From an uncultured Gammaproteobacteria bacterium (GTDB lineage Bacteria; Patescibacteriota; Microgenomatia; UBA8517), in assembly GCA_964431555.1 (NCBI GenBank), contig CAYSJW010000015.1, forward strand, positions 41,573-105,572: a stretch of DNA of 64,000 bases. The letters are read 5' to 3'. Shown here piece after piece: positions 28,504 to 38,836 of this stretch. The notes under the pieces were generated by a model, which had not been told where the DNA came from, searched no databases, and saw only the letters and a list, made by a program, of their open reading frames with translations. Position numbers and translations under genes: made by a program. Positions within the stretch are counted from its first letter, which is position 1. Each line of letters opens with the position of its first letter.

Positions 28504-29553
28504 TCAACGAGGTAAAGAAACCATAAATGTGGATCCCTTGCCAAGAGTACTGTTTACTTTGATTTCACCCTTGTGCAACATAACTATAGATTTTGCAATA
28601 GATAAACCAATCCCAAATCCGTCTATTTCTTTTTTCGACCTTGACGAATCGGCTCTGTAAAATCTATCAAAAATATGGGGAATATCCTTTTCGTCAATCC
28701 CGACTCCATGGTCAATAATCTTAAGACTAGCATTTTTACCATCTCCACCGACCAAGATTTCAATTTCACTTCCGGAAGGAGAGTACTTTATCGCATTATT
28801 TATAAGAATTGAAACTAACTCAACCAAACTTTGCGGGTTTCCCTTAACAATGACTTCTTTTAATTCTTTTTTAATCTTTATATTCTTAGCCTTGGCTTGG
28901 GCAATATTTCTTTCAATTGCCAGATTTACAACTTCCTTCAAATCAACCTCTTCCATCTTCAAATTACTTCCATTGGACTCATATCTTGAAAGCTCAAGTA
29001 AACTATCGGAAAAATATTTCATTTTATCAACCTCGGATAAATTACTCTTTAAAAGCTTTTTGGCTTCTTTCAAATTTAATTTTCTATCCCTAAGCGCCAC
29101 CTCAATTTCAGTTTTCATCGATGTCAGTGGAGTTCTAAATTCATGAGATGCATCAGCAACAAACTGCCTTTGCTTATCCAGCATAACTTCAATAGGTTGA
29201 AGTGTCTTACCCGCCAGAAAATAACTCGCCAATCCTGCAAAAAACAAAATTCCACCATTTATTATCATTAATTGTAAAGCAAAACGCCTCTTTGCTAGAT
29301 TAACTACATCAATAAACTCGGAAGGGGGAATTTCTTCTGGATAAATCATAAAGGGTAAAATTCTTTGATATCCCCAACGATCCCTTATTACAATTCCCTG
29401 CCTTATTTGAGGATTTGCTTGCATCCGAAAACCCCTTCCTATTTCTTTGGTGAAACCGCGATAAACCAAGACACTAAAAAAGGCACTAACAGCCATAATA
29501 ATTAGCAAATACCAAAGCGTTAATTTAATACGAGCATTCTTAAACATAAACAA
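28504..29553 (-). CDS. two-component sensor histidine kinase
   Basis: Two TM segments, an H-box ADASHEFRTPLTSM, and HATPase N/G boxes (NAIKYS, DHGVGI, GFGIGLSIAKSIV). Confidence 0.85.
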   Translation of the reverse strand: MFMFKNARIKLTLWYLLIIMAVSAFFSVLVYRGFTKEIGRGFRMQANPQIRQGIVIRDRWGYQRILPFMIYPEEIPPSEFIDVVNLAKRRFALQLMIINGGILFFAGLASYFLAGKTLQPIEVMLDKQRQFVADASHEFRTPLTSMKTEIEVALRDRKLNLKEAKKLLKSNLSEVDKMKYFSDSLLELSRYESNGSNLKMEEVDLKEVVNLAIERNIAQAKAKNIKIKKELKEVIVKGNPQSLVELVSILINNAIKYSPSGSEIEILVGGDGKNASLKIIDHGVGIDEKDIPHIFDRFYRADSSRSKKEIDGFGIGLSIAKSIVMLHKGEIKVNSTLGKGSTFMVSLPR

Positions 29554-29581
29554 TTTCAGCCGTTTCTACATTCTAATTTAA

Positions 29582-30259
29582 CTAACTTTCCCCTATCCGG
29601 TAACCAAATCCTCTTATCGTCTGAATCAGGGGTTTTCTTTTTGGAAACGCACCATCTATCTTTTTTCTCAAATAACCAATATAAACCTCAACCGTGTTTG
29701 GCAGAACATCCGAATCGTAATTCCAAACATGCGCAATTATCTGATCCTTACTTATAATCCTACCTTTATTTCTAATTAAATACTCCAAAAGTGAAAATTC
29801 TTTTCTGGAAAGAACTATTTCTTTTATGCCTCTTTTTACTTGAAAGTTCACCGGGTCTAATTCTAAATCTTCAACTTTTAATTTATTCCCAAGCTGTTCC
29901 ACAGGCCGTCTGATCAAGGCTCTCACTCTCGCTAAAAGCTCTTCAAAGGCAAATGGCTTAACCAGATAATCATCTGCACCTTTATTCAAACCTTCCACTT
30001 TATCAGAAATAGACCCCTTGGCCGTGAGTATAAGAATAGGTGTAAAAACTTTCTCCTTACGAAGTTTTTCACAAATTTCCAAGCCGTCCATACCAGGTAA
30101 CATCAAATCTAAAATGATCAAATCATACTCTTCAGATGACGCCATATCGTAACCTTCTATCCCATCATAAACAACATCAACAGTAAAATTTTCTTGTTCT
30201 AATCCTCTTTTAATGGAATTTGCAATTTTATATTCGTCTTCAACTACCAAAACTCTCAT
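29582..30259 (-). CDS. OmpR-family response regulator
   Basis: Receiver domain (VLVVEDE...LILDLMLPGMDG...K) plus a C-terminal winged helix (...YLRKKID...IQTIRGFGYRI). Confidence 0.9.
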   Translation of the reverse strand: MRVLVVEDEYKIANSIKRGLEQENFTVDVVYDGIEGYDMASSEEYDLIILDLMLPGMDGLEICEKLRKEKVFTPILILTAKGSISDKVEGLNKGADDYLVKPFAFEELLARVRALIRRPVEQLGNKLKVEDLELDPVNFQVKRGIKEIVLSRKEFSLLEYLIRNKGRIISKDQIIAHVWNYDSDVLPNTVEVYIGYLRKKIDGAFPKRKPLIQTIRGFGYRIGES

Positions 30260-30311
30260 ATAGTCTTAATTAACACCTATTATACTCAAGAAGCTGAATA
30301 ACAACTGAAAA

Positions 30312-30974
30312 TTAAGGGTAGCAGTTAGGCCAGATATCCTTTATCCCTCTTGAAATAATAAAAGCCGCTGTTTGAACAGATTCTTCTGCGTTAAATCGCA
30401 AGTCCAAATTAGTCTCCTCCCCCATCAAAGTTCGATTGTTTACCCAAGAAGAGCGCCCAAATTGAAAAAGCCCAGCGTACGGTCCATTTAAAGCAAATTG
30501 ATTAAATCCTGATTCACAAACTGCTATATGCCTTAAAACATTAGGGTCAACAGAATATTGCGACGCAAATCTTTCAATAAACCCATGAATTTCTTCCTGG
30601 GAATACTTAGGTTGAGTAATTTCTATAGTTTCATAAGGTTCCTTAGTTTTAAAAATTGTAGGTGTAGAAACTAATAAAGTTGGTGATAAAGAAACTTGAA
30701 CTACCGTTGGACTTGGCGTAACTAGCAAATTTCCAACCGAAGTTTGAATAACTTTTTCAGGAGGTGAAAGAGTGGAAAAAGGAGTTGGTGTAAAAAGAGA
30801 AAATGAACTCAATACTTTAAAGCTACTCGGACTAGTCAAAATCCTCCAAATCAGCAAAACCAAGTCAACTAAAAAAATAAGATAAAGAATTTTAAGCAAA
30901 ATTGATCTCATTAAATTTCTTACCAAATTACGGCGGTTGAAAGAAAAGCAATTAAAAAAATAATCATAAGCCAT
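30312..30974 (-). CDS. membrane-anchored transglycosylase-like (Rpf-type) domain protein
   Basis: N-terminal TM segment, a Pro/Thr/Ser-rich linker, and C-terminal CESGFNQFALNGPYAGLFQFGRSSW, which resembles the CESGGNW...GGLQF transglycosylase-like motif. Confidence 0.65.
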   Translation of the reverse strand: MAYDYFFNCFSFNRRNLVRNLMRSILLKILYLIFLVDLVLLIWRILTSPSSFKVLSSFSLFTPTPFSTLSPPEKVIQTSVGNLLVTPSPTVVQVSLSPTLLVSTPTIFKTKEPYETIEITQPKYSQEEIHGFIERFASQYSVDPNVLRHIAVCESGFNQFALNGPYAGLFQFGRSSWVNNRTLMGEETNLDLRFNAEESVQTAAFIISRGIKDIWPNCYP

Positions 30975-31243
30975 ACAGCTGTTGATAAAACCAAATTAAC
31001 CGCTTCCTTTTTATTACCATCTAAAAAAATATTATATGGCCGGTAAAAGACTAAAAGAGCACAAACTAAAGCTGAAACCACAAAAAGGATTAAAACAAGC
31101 ACAGGTCCCAAATAAGAAGCATTTCCTATCCACAAATCCCCCTTCCAAAAAATCAATCCAACTAAAAGGCAATATAATGTCAGTGAGAACGCCTGGAGAA
31201 AGCCGTCCCTTCTGAAAAGATTTTCAAACTTTACTATACTCAT
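30920..31243 (-). CDS. hypothetical membrane protein
   Basis: 107 aa with three predicted TM segments. It overlaps the downstream gene by 55 nt. Confidence 0.4.
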   Translation of the reverse strand: MSIVKFENLFRRDGFLQAFSLTLYCLLVGLIFWKGDLWIGNASYLGPVLVLILFVVSALVCALLVFYRPYNIFLDGNKKEAVNLVLSTAVWLMIIFLIAFLSTAVIW

Positions 31244-31303
31244 TATATGTATTATAAAGCATTAAGGCTATCAAACTATCTATAACAAAGGAGGTGATAA
31301 AAA

Positions 31304-31684
31304 ATGAGTGGTTTTTTTGTAAAAATTGAAGAAAAAACACTAAAGAACAATTACTTTAGAAAAGTAATATTTACAGGCAAACATTCGCAGCTTGTTCTGA
31401 TGAGCCTAAAGAAAGGTGAAGAAATCGGCTCCGAAGTTCATAAAACTGTAGATCAGTTTTTCAGGATAGAAAAGGGTGAAGCAAAGGTGGTTGCAGGCAA
31501 TATAACAAAAAAAGTGAGAGAAGATGAAGCTTTTGTAATCCCAGCAGGGACAAAGCACAATGTAATAAACACAGGCAAAAAAGAACTGAAGCTTTATACA
31601 ATTTACTCACCAGCTAATCATCCTGATAAAACAATACACAAAACAAAAAAGGAAGCTGAAAAATACGAAGAAAGCCATCATTAA
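31304..31684 (+). CDS. cupin-domain protein
   Basis: Cupin_2-like core G.E.G.E.H.....F.I..GE...V.G.........A..IPAGT.H.V.N. Confidence 0.7.
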   Translation: MSGFFVKIEEKTLKNNYFRKVIFTGKHSQLVLMSLKKGEEIGSEVHKTVDQFFRIEKGEAKVVAGNITKKVREDEAFVIPAGTKHNVINTGKKELKLYTIYSPANHPDKTIHKTKKEAEKYEESHH

Positions 31685-31698
31685 AGTATTTTGCGAAA

Positions 31699-31992
31699 TC
31701 AAGGTATTCTGCCAAAAATACGACGAAGTTCTATCTTGGCTTTTTCAAGAATCTCTTTTTGTTTTGGATTTAGCTTTTTTCCTGCTCTATTGATATAAAA
31801 ATTCAACATACTCATTGCTGAGGCAAATGGAGGTGCTTTTCTTCTTATGGAATTTTCAGCCGAATTTTTAAGCGAAATAGCTATTTTTCTAGGATCATCC
31901 CAGGTAAAAACTCCTTCCTCAAGATCTAAAGCAAACGATGATTTCGTAACCCTTTCCGACCAATTATTCTTTTTTTTCGACATAGGAAGCAA
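31699..31992 (-). CDS. DUF3175-like small protein
   Basis: DPRKIAISLKNSAENSIRRKA.PF.SAMSMLNFYINRAGKKL resembles the DUF3175 signature. Confidence 0.4.
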   Translation of the reverse strand: MLPMSKKKNNWSERVTKSSFALDLEEGVFTWDDPRKIAISLKNSAENSIRRKAPPFASAMSMLNFYINRAGKKLNPKQKEILEKAKIELRRIFGRIP

Positions 31993-32012
31993 TAAAATTG
32001 TATACTAATTAA

Positions 32013-32351
32013 ATGGTCAAATACAAAGAATATGTCCAAAAAATGCTTTCCGAAAACCGGAAGCTTTTTGACGATTTCAGAATAATTCACGATAAGTACG
32101 CTCTTAATTCAGACGGACTACAGGAAGAGTTTAATAAAAAAGGAGAGAAGATTTTAGAAATTATAAGAGAATACGAAAACAAGCTATGCGCAAACACTGA
32201 AAGAGGTGTTTATAATAAATTCTCAGGAAATTTAGCTCAAAAATTCCAAGATGAAATTAGAAAAATTTTCCCCATGATCGATTATATTGGTTTAAAAACA
32301 GAAAAAGCGGAAAAAAACTTCTTTTCAATTAAAAGAATAAAACTGGATTAA
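32013..32351 (+). CDS. hypothetical protein
   Basis: 112-aa ORF; no family recognised. Confidence 0.4.
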   Translation: MVKYKEYVQKMLSENRKLFDDFRIIHDKYALNSDGLQEEFNKKGEKILEIIREYENKLCANTERGVYNKFSGNLAQKFQDEIRKIFPMIDYIGLKTEKAEKNFFSIKRIKLD

Positions 32352-32944
32352 AACTTAATATCCCAGTCAAGAGAAGGAGGATTTAAACCACTTTCCCTAA
32401 GATTCAAATTATTTAATTCTCTATCCAGAATTTTCAAATTTTCATCGATTTCAATAACCTGAGGATCTTTATTATAAACTGACGGATTATATGGATTATA
32501 CGGAATAACACTTGGTTGAGGAGTAGGAGTATTTGGTAAAAAAACTCCTTCTTTTTTGAGTCTCCTCACAAAACCTAAAGCCATATAAAGCAAAATCAAT
32601 ACCATAACAAAGACAATAAAGATCTTTAAAATTAATCTAATAAACTTTTTATCAACCAAAGGGCTAATCTCCTTTCTAGCACTTCCCGCAAGTGAAACAC
32701 CCTTTCTTAAATAGGGATTTACAAACACCACCATTTTCTCAAAAAGACTTTTCAAAAATAATTTTGCCCTTCTAACATCACTTGCAACGCTATCCTCTTC
32801 AATTTCAATTTGATTAATCTCTTTACTATTTTCTTTCTCTTCACTTTGAGTCTTCACTTCGGTTTCAATAACATCCCTTTTACCTATAAGGGAGTAAAAC
32901 CATTTTTTAATAGGATTGATAGATCTAGGTTTATTTTCAGCCAT
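32348..32944 (-). CDS. hypothetical single-pass membrane protein
   Basis: One central TM segment (LILKIFIVFVMVLILLYMALGFV) and a C-terminal Pro/Asn/Tyr-rich tail. Confidence 0.4.
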   Translation of the reverse strand: MAENKPRSINPIKKWFYSLIGKRDVIETEVKTQSEEKENSKEINQIEIEEDSVASDVRRAKLFLKSLFEKMVVFVNPYLRKGVSLAGSARKEISPLVDKKFIRLILKIFIVFVMVLILLYMALGFVRRLKKEGVFLPNTPTPQPSVIPYNPYNPSVYNKDPQVIEIDENLKILDRELNNLNLRESGLNPPSLDWDIKF

Positions 32945-32954
32945 AAAATATTTG

Positions 32955-33818
32955 CTATTTAGTTCTAATTTGCTTAATTATTTCTTTCAAAAAATTAGAC
33001 GCCTCTTTCATATAAAGCTGTGATTCAGAAAGTTTAGAAAGAACCGAGTTATACAAATTCAAGCCTACTATTTTTTTTTGATAATTTCCTCTAATAATTT
33101 TTTCCACTTCATCTTGCTTTTCTTTACTTCTATCTATTTTTCCCTCGGCTTCAAACATCCACCTGTCCAAAAGTTCAATTTTCGAAGTATCAAAGGCATA
33201 CTCGGGTCTTTCTTCATTACGGATACTTTCAAATTTATTTTTGCTAGCCCTAAAAATTTTCTCCAACCTAACACTTAAATGACTCACTTTACCCTGCGAC
33301 AAAACCGACATTACCTCATATATCAATGAATTGAGTTGACTCCACCTATCGGCGGCAAACTTTGAATCCCTAACCAAATCTTCCAAAGACCCGGCTGACG
33401 AGAGATTTTCTTTATGATTTGAAAACCAACTTATTTCATTATCAATTTCTAGAAACAACTCATTTTTTCTCTCATCGGCCAAACCAACTCCCTTTAGCAG
33501 ACTAGCTTTAAGAACCTTAAGATAAGCAATTACAACCTCGTCTCTATTCTTTAGCATACTCAAGGTTGCATCAAAAGCGTCTTTTCTTGACTTCAAAGTT
33601 TGAAATCTAAGAAATTGAGCTCTTTTGAGAATATACTCATCGTGCGCTTTCTTATACTCCTCATTCGCTCCCAAGTAAGCTTCGTAAATATCTTCAAAGG
33701 TTTCTTCTTCATAATCATCCAAACCAATCTCATTCACCGATTGAGAATATGAAACTTTAAAAAAAACTGCAAAACAAAATATCACCAAAATCGATAAATA
33801 GAAGCATTTCTTTAGCAT
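32955..33818 (-). CDS. hypothetical secreted coiled-coil protein
   Basis: N-terminal signal peptide (MLKKCFYLSILVIFCFAVFFKVSYS), then a charged helical protein. Confidence 0.45.
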   Translation of the reverse strand: MLKKCFYLSILVIFCFAVFFKVSYSQSVNEIGLDDYEEETFEDIYEAYLGANEEYKKAHDEYILKRAQFLRFQTLKSRKDAFDATLSMLKNRDEVVIAYLKVLKASLLKGVGLADERKNELFLEIDNEISWFSNHKENLSSAGSLEDLVRDSKFAADRWSQLNSLIYEVMSVLSQGKVSHLSVRLEKIFRASKNKFESIRNEERPEYAFDTSKIELLDRWMFEAEGKIDRSKEKQDEVEKIIRGNYQKKIVGLNLYNSVLSKLSESQLYMKEASNFLKEIIKQIRTK

Positions 33819-33852
33819 GATACTAATTTTAAGTTAACACCTTTTGAGGTCA

Positions 33853-35262
33853 TTAGGCAAGCTTCTTCACTCTTATACCGTTAGGAGAATCCTCAATTTT
33901 ATAGCCCTTTTTCTCAATCTCGCTTCTTATCTCATCGGCTTTCTCAAAATTCTTTAAATTTCGATATTTTTCCCTTTCATCAATCATCTTTCTAATATCA
34001 TCAGGGATCACAAAACAATTCTCCTCACTTATATTCATCAAACCTAAACCCAAAACTTCATCAAACATCACACTCATATCGTACTTATCTTCAGAAGGAA
34101 CATTACTCTTCAAAACCCCCCAAAGTATAGAAAGCGCCCTGGAAACATTAAGATCATCTGAAAGAGATTCAAGAAAATCATTCCTAAAATCATTTAATTT
34201 TCCCTCTTTTTCTTGAGATAAAACCGTTCTGTTGATCTGTAATTTAACCGCTAAAATTTGCTCTTTAAGTTTTTCCAAAGACTTTTGAGCACCGTCCAAA
34301 GCCTCCCATGAAAAATCCAACCCCTTTTTATAATTGGAGTTCAGAAATAAATAACGCAAAGCCAAAGGATCAAAACCCCTTTCCCTTACATCTGAAACCG
34401 TAATCATATTACCCAAACTTTTGCTCAATTTTTCTCCCCTAAAAGTAAGCCAATCATTGTGCAACCAATAATTCGCTGTATGATGACCGAAAGCTCCATA
34501 ACCCTGAGCGATTTCGTTTGTATGATGTACAGAAATATGCTCTTTTCCGCCTGTGTGAATATCAAACCTTTCTCCCAAATATTTAACAGACATTGCCGTA
34601 CACTCAATGTGCCAGCCGGGAAAACCTCTTCCCCACGGGCTATCCCACTGCATAACGTGATTCGGCTGATTGGTAACCCAAAGTAAAAAATCCCAGGGGC
34701 TTCTTTTTTCAGGATCAACCTCAACCCTCACCCCCATTTTTTGATCTTTCAAAGAAAGTCTTGCAAATTTAGGGTAATCGGGGAACTTTGACGTGTCAAA
34801 AACTAACCCAGTCTTAGTTTTATATGCAAATCCATTTTTTTCAATTAACTTAATTAATTCAATCTGATCATCTATATGCTCAGTTGCTCTACACAAAACA
34901 TCGGGTCTTTTGATATTCAAAGCATCGATACTTTCTAAAAATTGGGTAATATATTTATCTGCAATCTGCCAAACACTTAAACCTTCCCTTTTGGCTCCCT
35001 TTTCCATCTTATCTTCTCCAGTATCTTCATCTGAAGTCATATGACCAACATCTGTTATATTCATTACCCACTTAACTTCATAGCCAAGAAACCTTAAAAA
35101 TCTAACCAAAATATCCCAATGAACATATGCATACATATGACCAATATGCTGATTCCAATAAACAGTCGGACCACAGGAATAAATCCCAACTTTTTTATCC
35201 TTAACCGGAATAAACTTTTCTTTCTTGCGGTTTAATGTGTTTGTCAAATATAAATCAGTCAT
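33853..35262 (-). CDS. cysS: cysteinyl-tRNA synthetase CysS
   Basis: HIGH motif (HIGHMYAY) and KMSKS motif (KLSKSLGN). Class I fold with a CysRS-type zinc site (CGPTVY...C..H..C). Confidence 0.9.
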   Translation of the reverse strand: MTDLYLTNTLNRKKEKFIPVKDKKVGIYSCGPTVYWNQHIGHMYAYVHWDILVRFLRFLGYEVKWVMNITDVGHMTSDEDTGEDKMEKGAKREGLSVWQIADKYITQFLESIDALNIKRPDVLCRATEHIDDQIELIKLIEKNGFAYKTKTGLVFDTSKFPDYPKFARLSLKDQKMGVRVEVDPEKRSPWDFLLWVTNQPNHVMQWDSPWGRGFPGWHIECTAMSVKYLGERFDIHTGGKEHISVHHTNEIAQGYGAFGHHTANYWLHNDWLTFRGEKLSKSLGNMITVSDVRERGFDPLALRYLFLNSNYKKGLDFSWEALDGAQKSLEKLKEQILAVKLQINRTVLSQEKEGKLNDFRNDFLESLSDDLNVSRALSILWGVLKSNVPSEDKYDMSVMFDEVLGLGLMNISEENCFVIPDDIRKMIDEREKYRNLKNFEKADEIRSEIEKKGYKIEDSPNGIRVKKLA

Positions 35263-35297
35263 AAAAGAGCAATATTAATCTAAAAAAAACTTAAATA

Positions 35298-35747
35298 TCA
35301 GCCGGAAATCTGTTTTCCCATCTCCTTTGTGCCCTGCTTTTTTTTAACAAATCCCAAAAATCCTCTCTTTTTCCTTGAAGGTGGCTCAATAAATGGCTGT
35401 TCTTGGGGTTCTTCAACCTTCATAACTTCCTCTTGTTGCTTTCTCCACTCCTCTTCCCTCATTTTTCTTTCCTCTCTTATTTTTCTTATCTCCTCTTCCA
35501 ATTCTTTCAGTCTTCTATTGGTTTGCGCTTTTAGGGCTTCCTCGTCTATTGACCCCAGAGACAAATTCTCTCCACCTTCAACAATCTTGGAAAGGGCGGT
35601 TTTTTGTTTTTCTCCTTTCATACCCCCCTCCCCAACAGCTGAAGGGACAACATTTTTAATTATTTCATACGGTTCACGAGCCACTTGCTTAGCGATTTTT
35701 TTCGCTTCATCTACTGCCGTTTTGCTACTAGATTTCAGAAAATTCAT
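35298..35747 (-). CDS. hypothetical charged (Lys/Glu-rich) protein
   Basis: 149-aa ORF; no family recognised. Confidence 0.4.
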   Translation of the reverse strand: MNFLKSSSKTAVDEAKKIAKQVAREPYEIIKNVVPSAVGEGGMKGEKQKTALSKIVEGGENLSLGSIDEEALKAQTNRRLKELEEEIRKIREERKMREEEWRKQQEEVMKVEEPQEQPFIEPPSRKKRGFLGFVKKKQGTKEMGKQISG

Positions 35748-35748
35748 A

Positions 35749-36360
35749 CTAAAAATTCCTTCTCCCTTCTATTGCCTCTCTTAAAGTCACCTCATCAGCA
35801 TATTCTAAATCAGCTCCGGTTGGAATTCCCATACCAAGCCTGGTAACTACCGGCGTTTTGCCGTTAGTTGAAACTTCCTTTATTTTTTTAGACAAGTACA
35901 TTGCAGTCGCATCGCCTTCCATGGTAGGATTTGTTGCAATTATTACTTCTTTAATACTGCCCTCTGAAATCCTTTCCAAAAGTTCTTTAACGAAAATTTC
36001 ATCAGGTCCGATATTATCCAAGGGATTAATAGCACCGTGCAAAACATGATAGACCCCTTTATATCTTGAAGTTCGCTCTATAGCCAAAAGATCCAATGGC
36101 TGCTCCACGACCATAACTGTTGTTTTATCTCTCCCCGAATCAGAACAAAACGGGCAGGGATCATTTTCAGCTACATTTTTGCATATCGAACAAAAAACTG
36201 TTTTCTTTTTTAAATTGGACAAAGAACTAGCAAAGTTATCAAGTTCGACTTGAGGTACATGAAGAAGATAAAATGTCAATCTTTGAGCCGTTTTGGGTCC
36301 AATGCCAGGAAGTTTATTAAAAGATTCAATAAGATTTTGGATAGCTCTGGGAATTTTCAT
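35749..36360 (-). CDS. recR: recombination protein RecR
   Basis: LPGIGPKTAQRL helix-hairpin-helix, a C4 zinc finger (CSIC...CPFC) and a Toprim domain. Part of the dnaX-ybaB-recR cluster. Confidence 0.9.
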   Translation of the reverse strand: MKIPRAIQNLIESFNKLPGIGPKTAQRLTFYLLHVPQVELDNFASSLSNLKKKTVFCSICKNVAENDPCPFCSDSGRDKTTVMVVEQPLDLLAIERTSRYKGVYHVLHGAINPLDNIGPDEIFVKELLERISEGSIKEVIIATNPTMEGDATAMYLSKKIKEVSTNGKTPVVTRLGMGIPTGADLEYADEVTLREAIEGRRNF

Positions 36361-36483
36361 AATTCATATTATATTAAATTTTCCAAATAAAAATATCCAG
36401 CCGATAAATAAAATTTTTATCCTAGAAATAAAATGTAAAAATAAATAAACATCAAAGAAAATTTTAACCAAGAAGAAAAATTT

Positions 36484-36771
36484 TTATTGCCCCATTCCGC
36501 CAAGAAGCCCGCCTAAACCTCCTCCTTGTTCCATCATTTTCCTGGCAGCCTTTTTCTGAACCTCTTTCATCGCTTTATTTATTACCTTGACTATCTTCTC
36601 CTGGCTTTCCCCATCAATTTCCAAACTAATCAGATTCTGCGTTCCATTGACCAAGACCTTAATACCTCCTTCTTCCTCCATGTGGGTTATTTGTTCCATC
36701 TCCTCCTGAAGCTTTTTTGCCTGTTGGCGAAGCTTAAGTAACTGTTGGCCTTGTCTTAATTTGTCGAACAT
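36484..36771 (-). CDS. ybaB: nucleoid-associated protein YbaB/EbfC
   Basis: 95 aa with the YbaB pattern. It sits between dnaX and recR. Confidence 0.85.
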   Translation of the reverse strand: MFDKLRQGQQLLKLRQQAKKLQEEMEQITHMEEEGGIKVLVNGTQNLISLEIDGESQEKIVKVINKAMKEVQKKAARKMMEQGGGLGGLLGGMGQ

Positions 36772-36821
36772 AGTTTCAAGTCAAAATACAAAAACTAATA
36801 TAGCTTTTATCCAAAGATAAT

Positions 36822-38396
36822 TCAACTGCCAAAAATTTCCTTTGCGATTCTTACTATTTCTTCATCATCACTCTCGGTCAAAACCGTCTCGTCTTCGACT
36901 GATACTTTATCATCACTTCCCAAATTAGATTTCTCATTTTGAAGAGAATTCCTTAAGGGTGGTTGCGTTAATTTACAAACTACTCTAAGCGACTCACCGG
37001 TAACATTTTGTAAAACCTTTTCCATCACATTTCTGTGTGGCTGGGTTTCTAGTTTTTCCTTGTGAAATTTGTAATAAACCCCCAAGGTTAGAGTTTTACT
37101 ATCGCAGGACAGAGGTCTAGCTGCCCTAAGAAGCGCTTCAGTGGAAGTGTTGTTACGCTTAATTTCCTCAAGAATTTTTTTCCAAACATTTTCATCCATC
37201 TTTGCTCTTATGTCAAAATCCCCAGAAGAGATATCTTTTTTATCCCCCTCTTCACTTTTACTGTCTTTATCATCTTTAGAACTCTTTAGGGAATCACTCT
37301 TTTCCCTCCTCTTAACTGATTTTAGGCTTTGACTATCTAAAACCTTTGAACCTGAATTGTGAGTTTTATTAGCAAACCATTCGGAAATAGCAAGTTCCAG
37401 AGGTATTTGTTCCAAAACTGCATAGGGTACTTCGGCGTATGATTTAGAGACTAGTTCGATAAGCTCGATAACCTCCCCTTTGGAAAGCGAATTTTTATCC
37501 TCCCCTTCAATTCCCACTTTGGCGAATAAAATTTTCCTCAAAGAAGAAAGTATCGAAAGGGTAATATTTTTAATTGAAGCACCATTTTCAACCGCCTTTT
37601 CTAATTCAAAATAGGCTTCTTTTTCACTACCGGAAATAAGTATCTCCACAAATTTATCAGGGTCAAAAACATTTCTTTTAAATAAGTATTCTTCAACTGA
37701 TTTTTTTTCCAACTTTATGCCGCTAATAACCAATTCCTCTAAAATTTTTGCAGCATCCCTAAAGGAACCATCCGAAGAGGCAGCAACAACTCCCAATGTT
37801 TCTTTGTCTATATCCAAATTTTCGCCTTCTGCAACTCTTAAAAGAGACCTCACAATTTCCTCCCTACTCGCCTTTTTAAAGGGAACGCTCACGGTTCTGG
37901 ATCTTATCGTTTCTATCAATTTTTCAGGATTTGTTGTAGCTAAGATAAAAATCACATGATCTGGAGGCTCCTCAAGAGTTTTTAGCAAAGCATTTGAGGC
38001 TTCATTGGTAAGCATATGTGCTTCGTCGATGATATAAACTTTCTTCTTTGCGCTCGAAGGTGCAAGCTTCACCGCATCTCTAAGCACCCTTATATCATCT
38101 ATTCCTCTGTGACTGGCAGCATCAATTTCGATAATATCCAAATTATCCCCTCTATCAATACTCAAACAAACCGAGCATTTATTACAAGGCTCCTTTAAAG
38201 TTTTATTAAGATTCTCACAATTTACAATTTTTGCCAATATTCTCGCTGCAGAAGTTTTTCCACTTCCTTTTGGGCCTGAAAAAAGAAAAGCGTGGGGAAT
38301 ATTCCCGGACTTAACAATGTTTTTAAGAAGTTGGCGTACTTGAGCCAGATCAAGTTCTTCAATTAATTTTGGACGATATTTGAGATAAAAAGTCAT
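36822..38396 (-). CDS. dnaX: DNA polymerase III subunit gamma/tau DnaX
   Basis: YRPK...HAFLFSGPKGSGKTS P-loop, a C..C..C zinc module and IIDEAHML. Confidence 0.9.
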   Translation of the reverse strand: MTFYLKYRPKLIEELDLAQVRQLLKNIVKSGNIPHAFLFSGPKGSGKTSAARILAKIVNCENLNKTLKEPCNKCSVCLSIDRGDNLDIIEIDAASHRGIDDIRVLRDAVKLAPSSAKKKVYIIDEAHMLTNEASNALLKTLEEPPDHVIFILATTNPEKLIETIRSRTVSVPFKKASREEIVRSLLRVAEGENLDIDKETLGVVAASSDGSFRDAAKILEELVISGIKLEKKSVEEYLFKRNVFDPDKFVEILISGSEKEAYFELEKAVENGASIKNITLSILSSLRKILFAKVGIEGEDKNSLSKGEVIELIELVSKSYAEVPYAVLEQIPLELAISEWFANKTHNSGSKVLDSQSLKSVKRREKSDSLKSSKDDKDSKSEEGDKKDISSGDFDIRAKMDENVWKKILEEIKRNNTSTEALLRAARPLSCDSKTLTLGVYYKFHKEKLETQPHRNVMEKVLQNVTGESLRVVCKLTQPPLRNSLQNEKSNLGSDDKVSVEDETVLTESDDEEIVRIAKEIFGS

Positions 38397-38421
38397 AACA
38401 ATAATTTAACTTTATTTTATT

Positions 38422-38811
38422 CTACTCATGGTGTTTTCCCAAAAGATGTTCAGCCCCATGCATAACCAGTTCCAACACCTTTTCATCTATAAGTTTACCT
38501 TCCTTGTTTGCCTGTCTTACCACCTCGGGATAGCAAATAATAATCTCACCCAGAGGAAGAGGTAAATTTTCGGGATACTTAAAATCCCCTCTAATTTCGG
38601 ACTCGCTAAAAGAAAGAACACTGTGTAAAGAATTTTGTTCCCCAAGGTATTTTTTGGAAATATCCTTCATTGATTTCTCTCCAACAAATGAAACATTGAT
38701 ATAAAAATCCGAAACCAATCCCTGATTCTTCAGAAAATTTTTAAGTTCTCTCTTTATAGAAGCCGCTTTAACTGGGTAATTTAGCTGTTTTTTAACATAG
38801 ACTCTAATCAT
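38422..38811 (-). CDS. ybeY: rRNA maturation endoribonuclease YbeY-like
   Basis: SVLSF plus the C-terminal VMHGAEHLLGKHHE (an H..H-L.G..H-like zinc motif). Confidence 0.7.
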   Translation of the reverse strand: MIRVYVKKQLNYPVKAASIKRELKNFLKNQGLVSDFYINVSFVGEKSMKDISKKYLGEQNSLHSVLSFSESEIRGDFKYPENLPLPLGEIIICYPEVVRQANKEGKLIDEKVLELVMHGAEHLLGKHHE

Positions 38812-38836
38812 GGATGAAACTTAAGGAATTAAAAAA

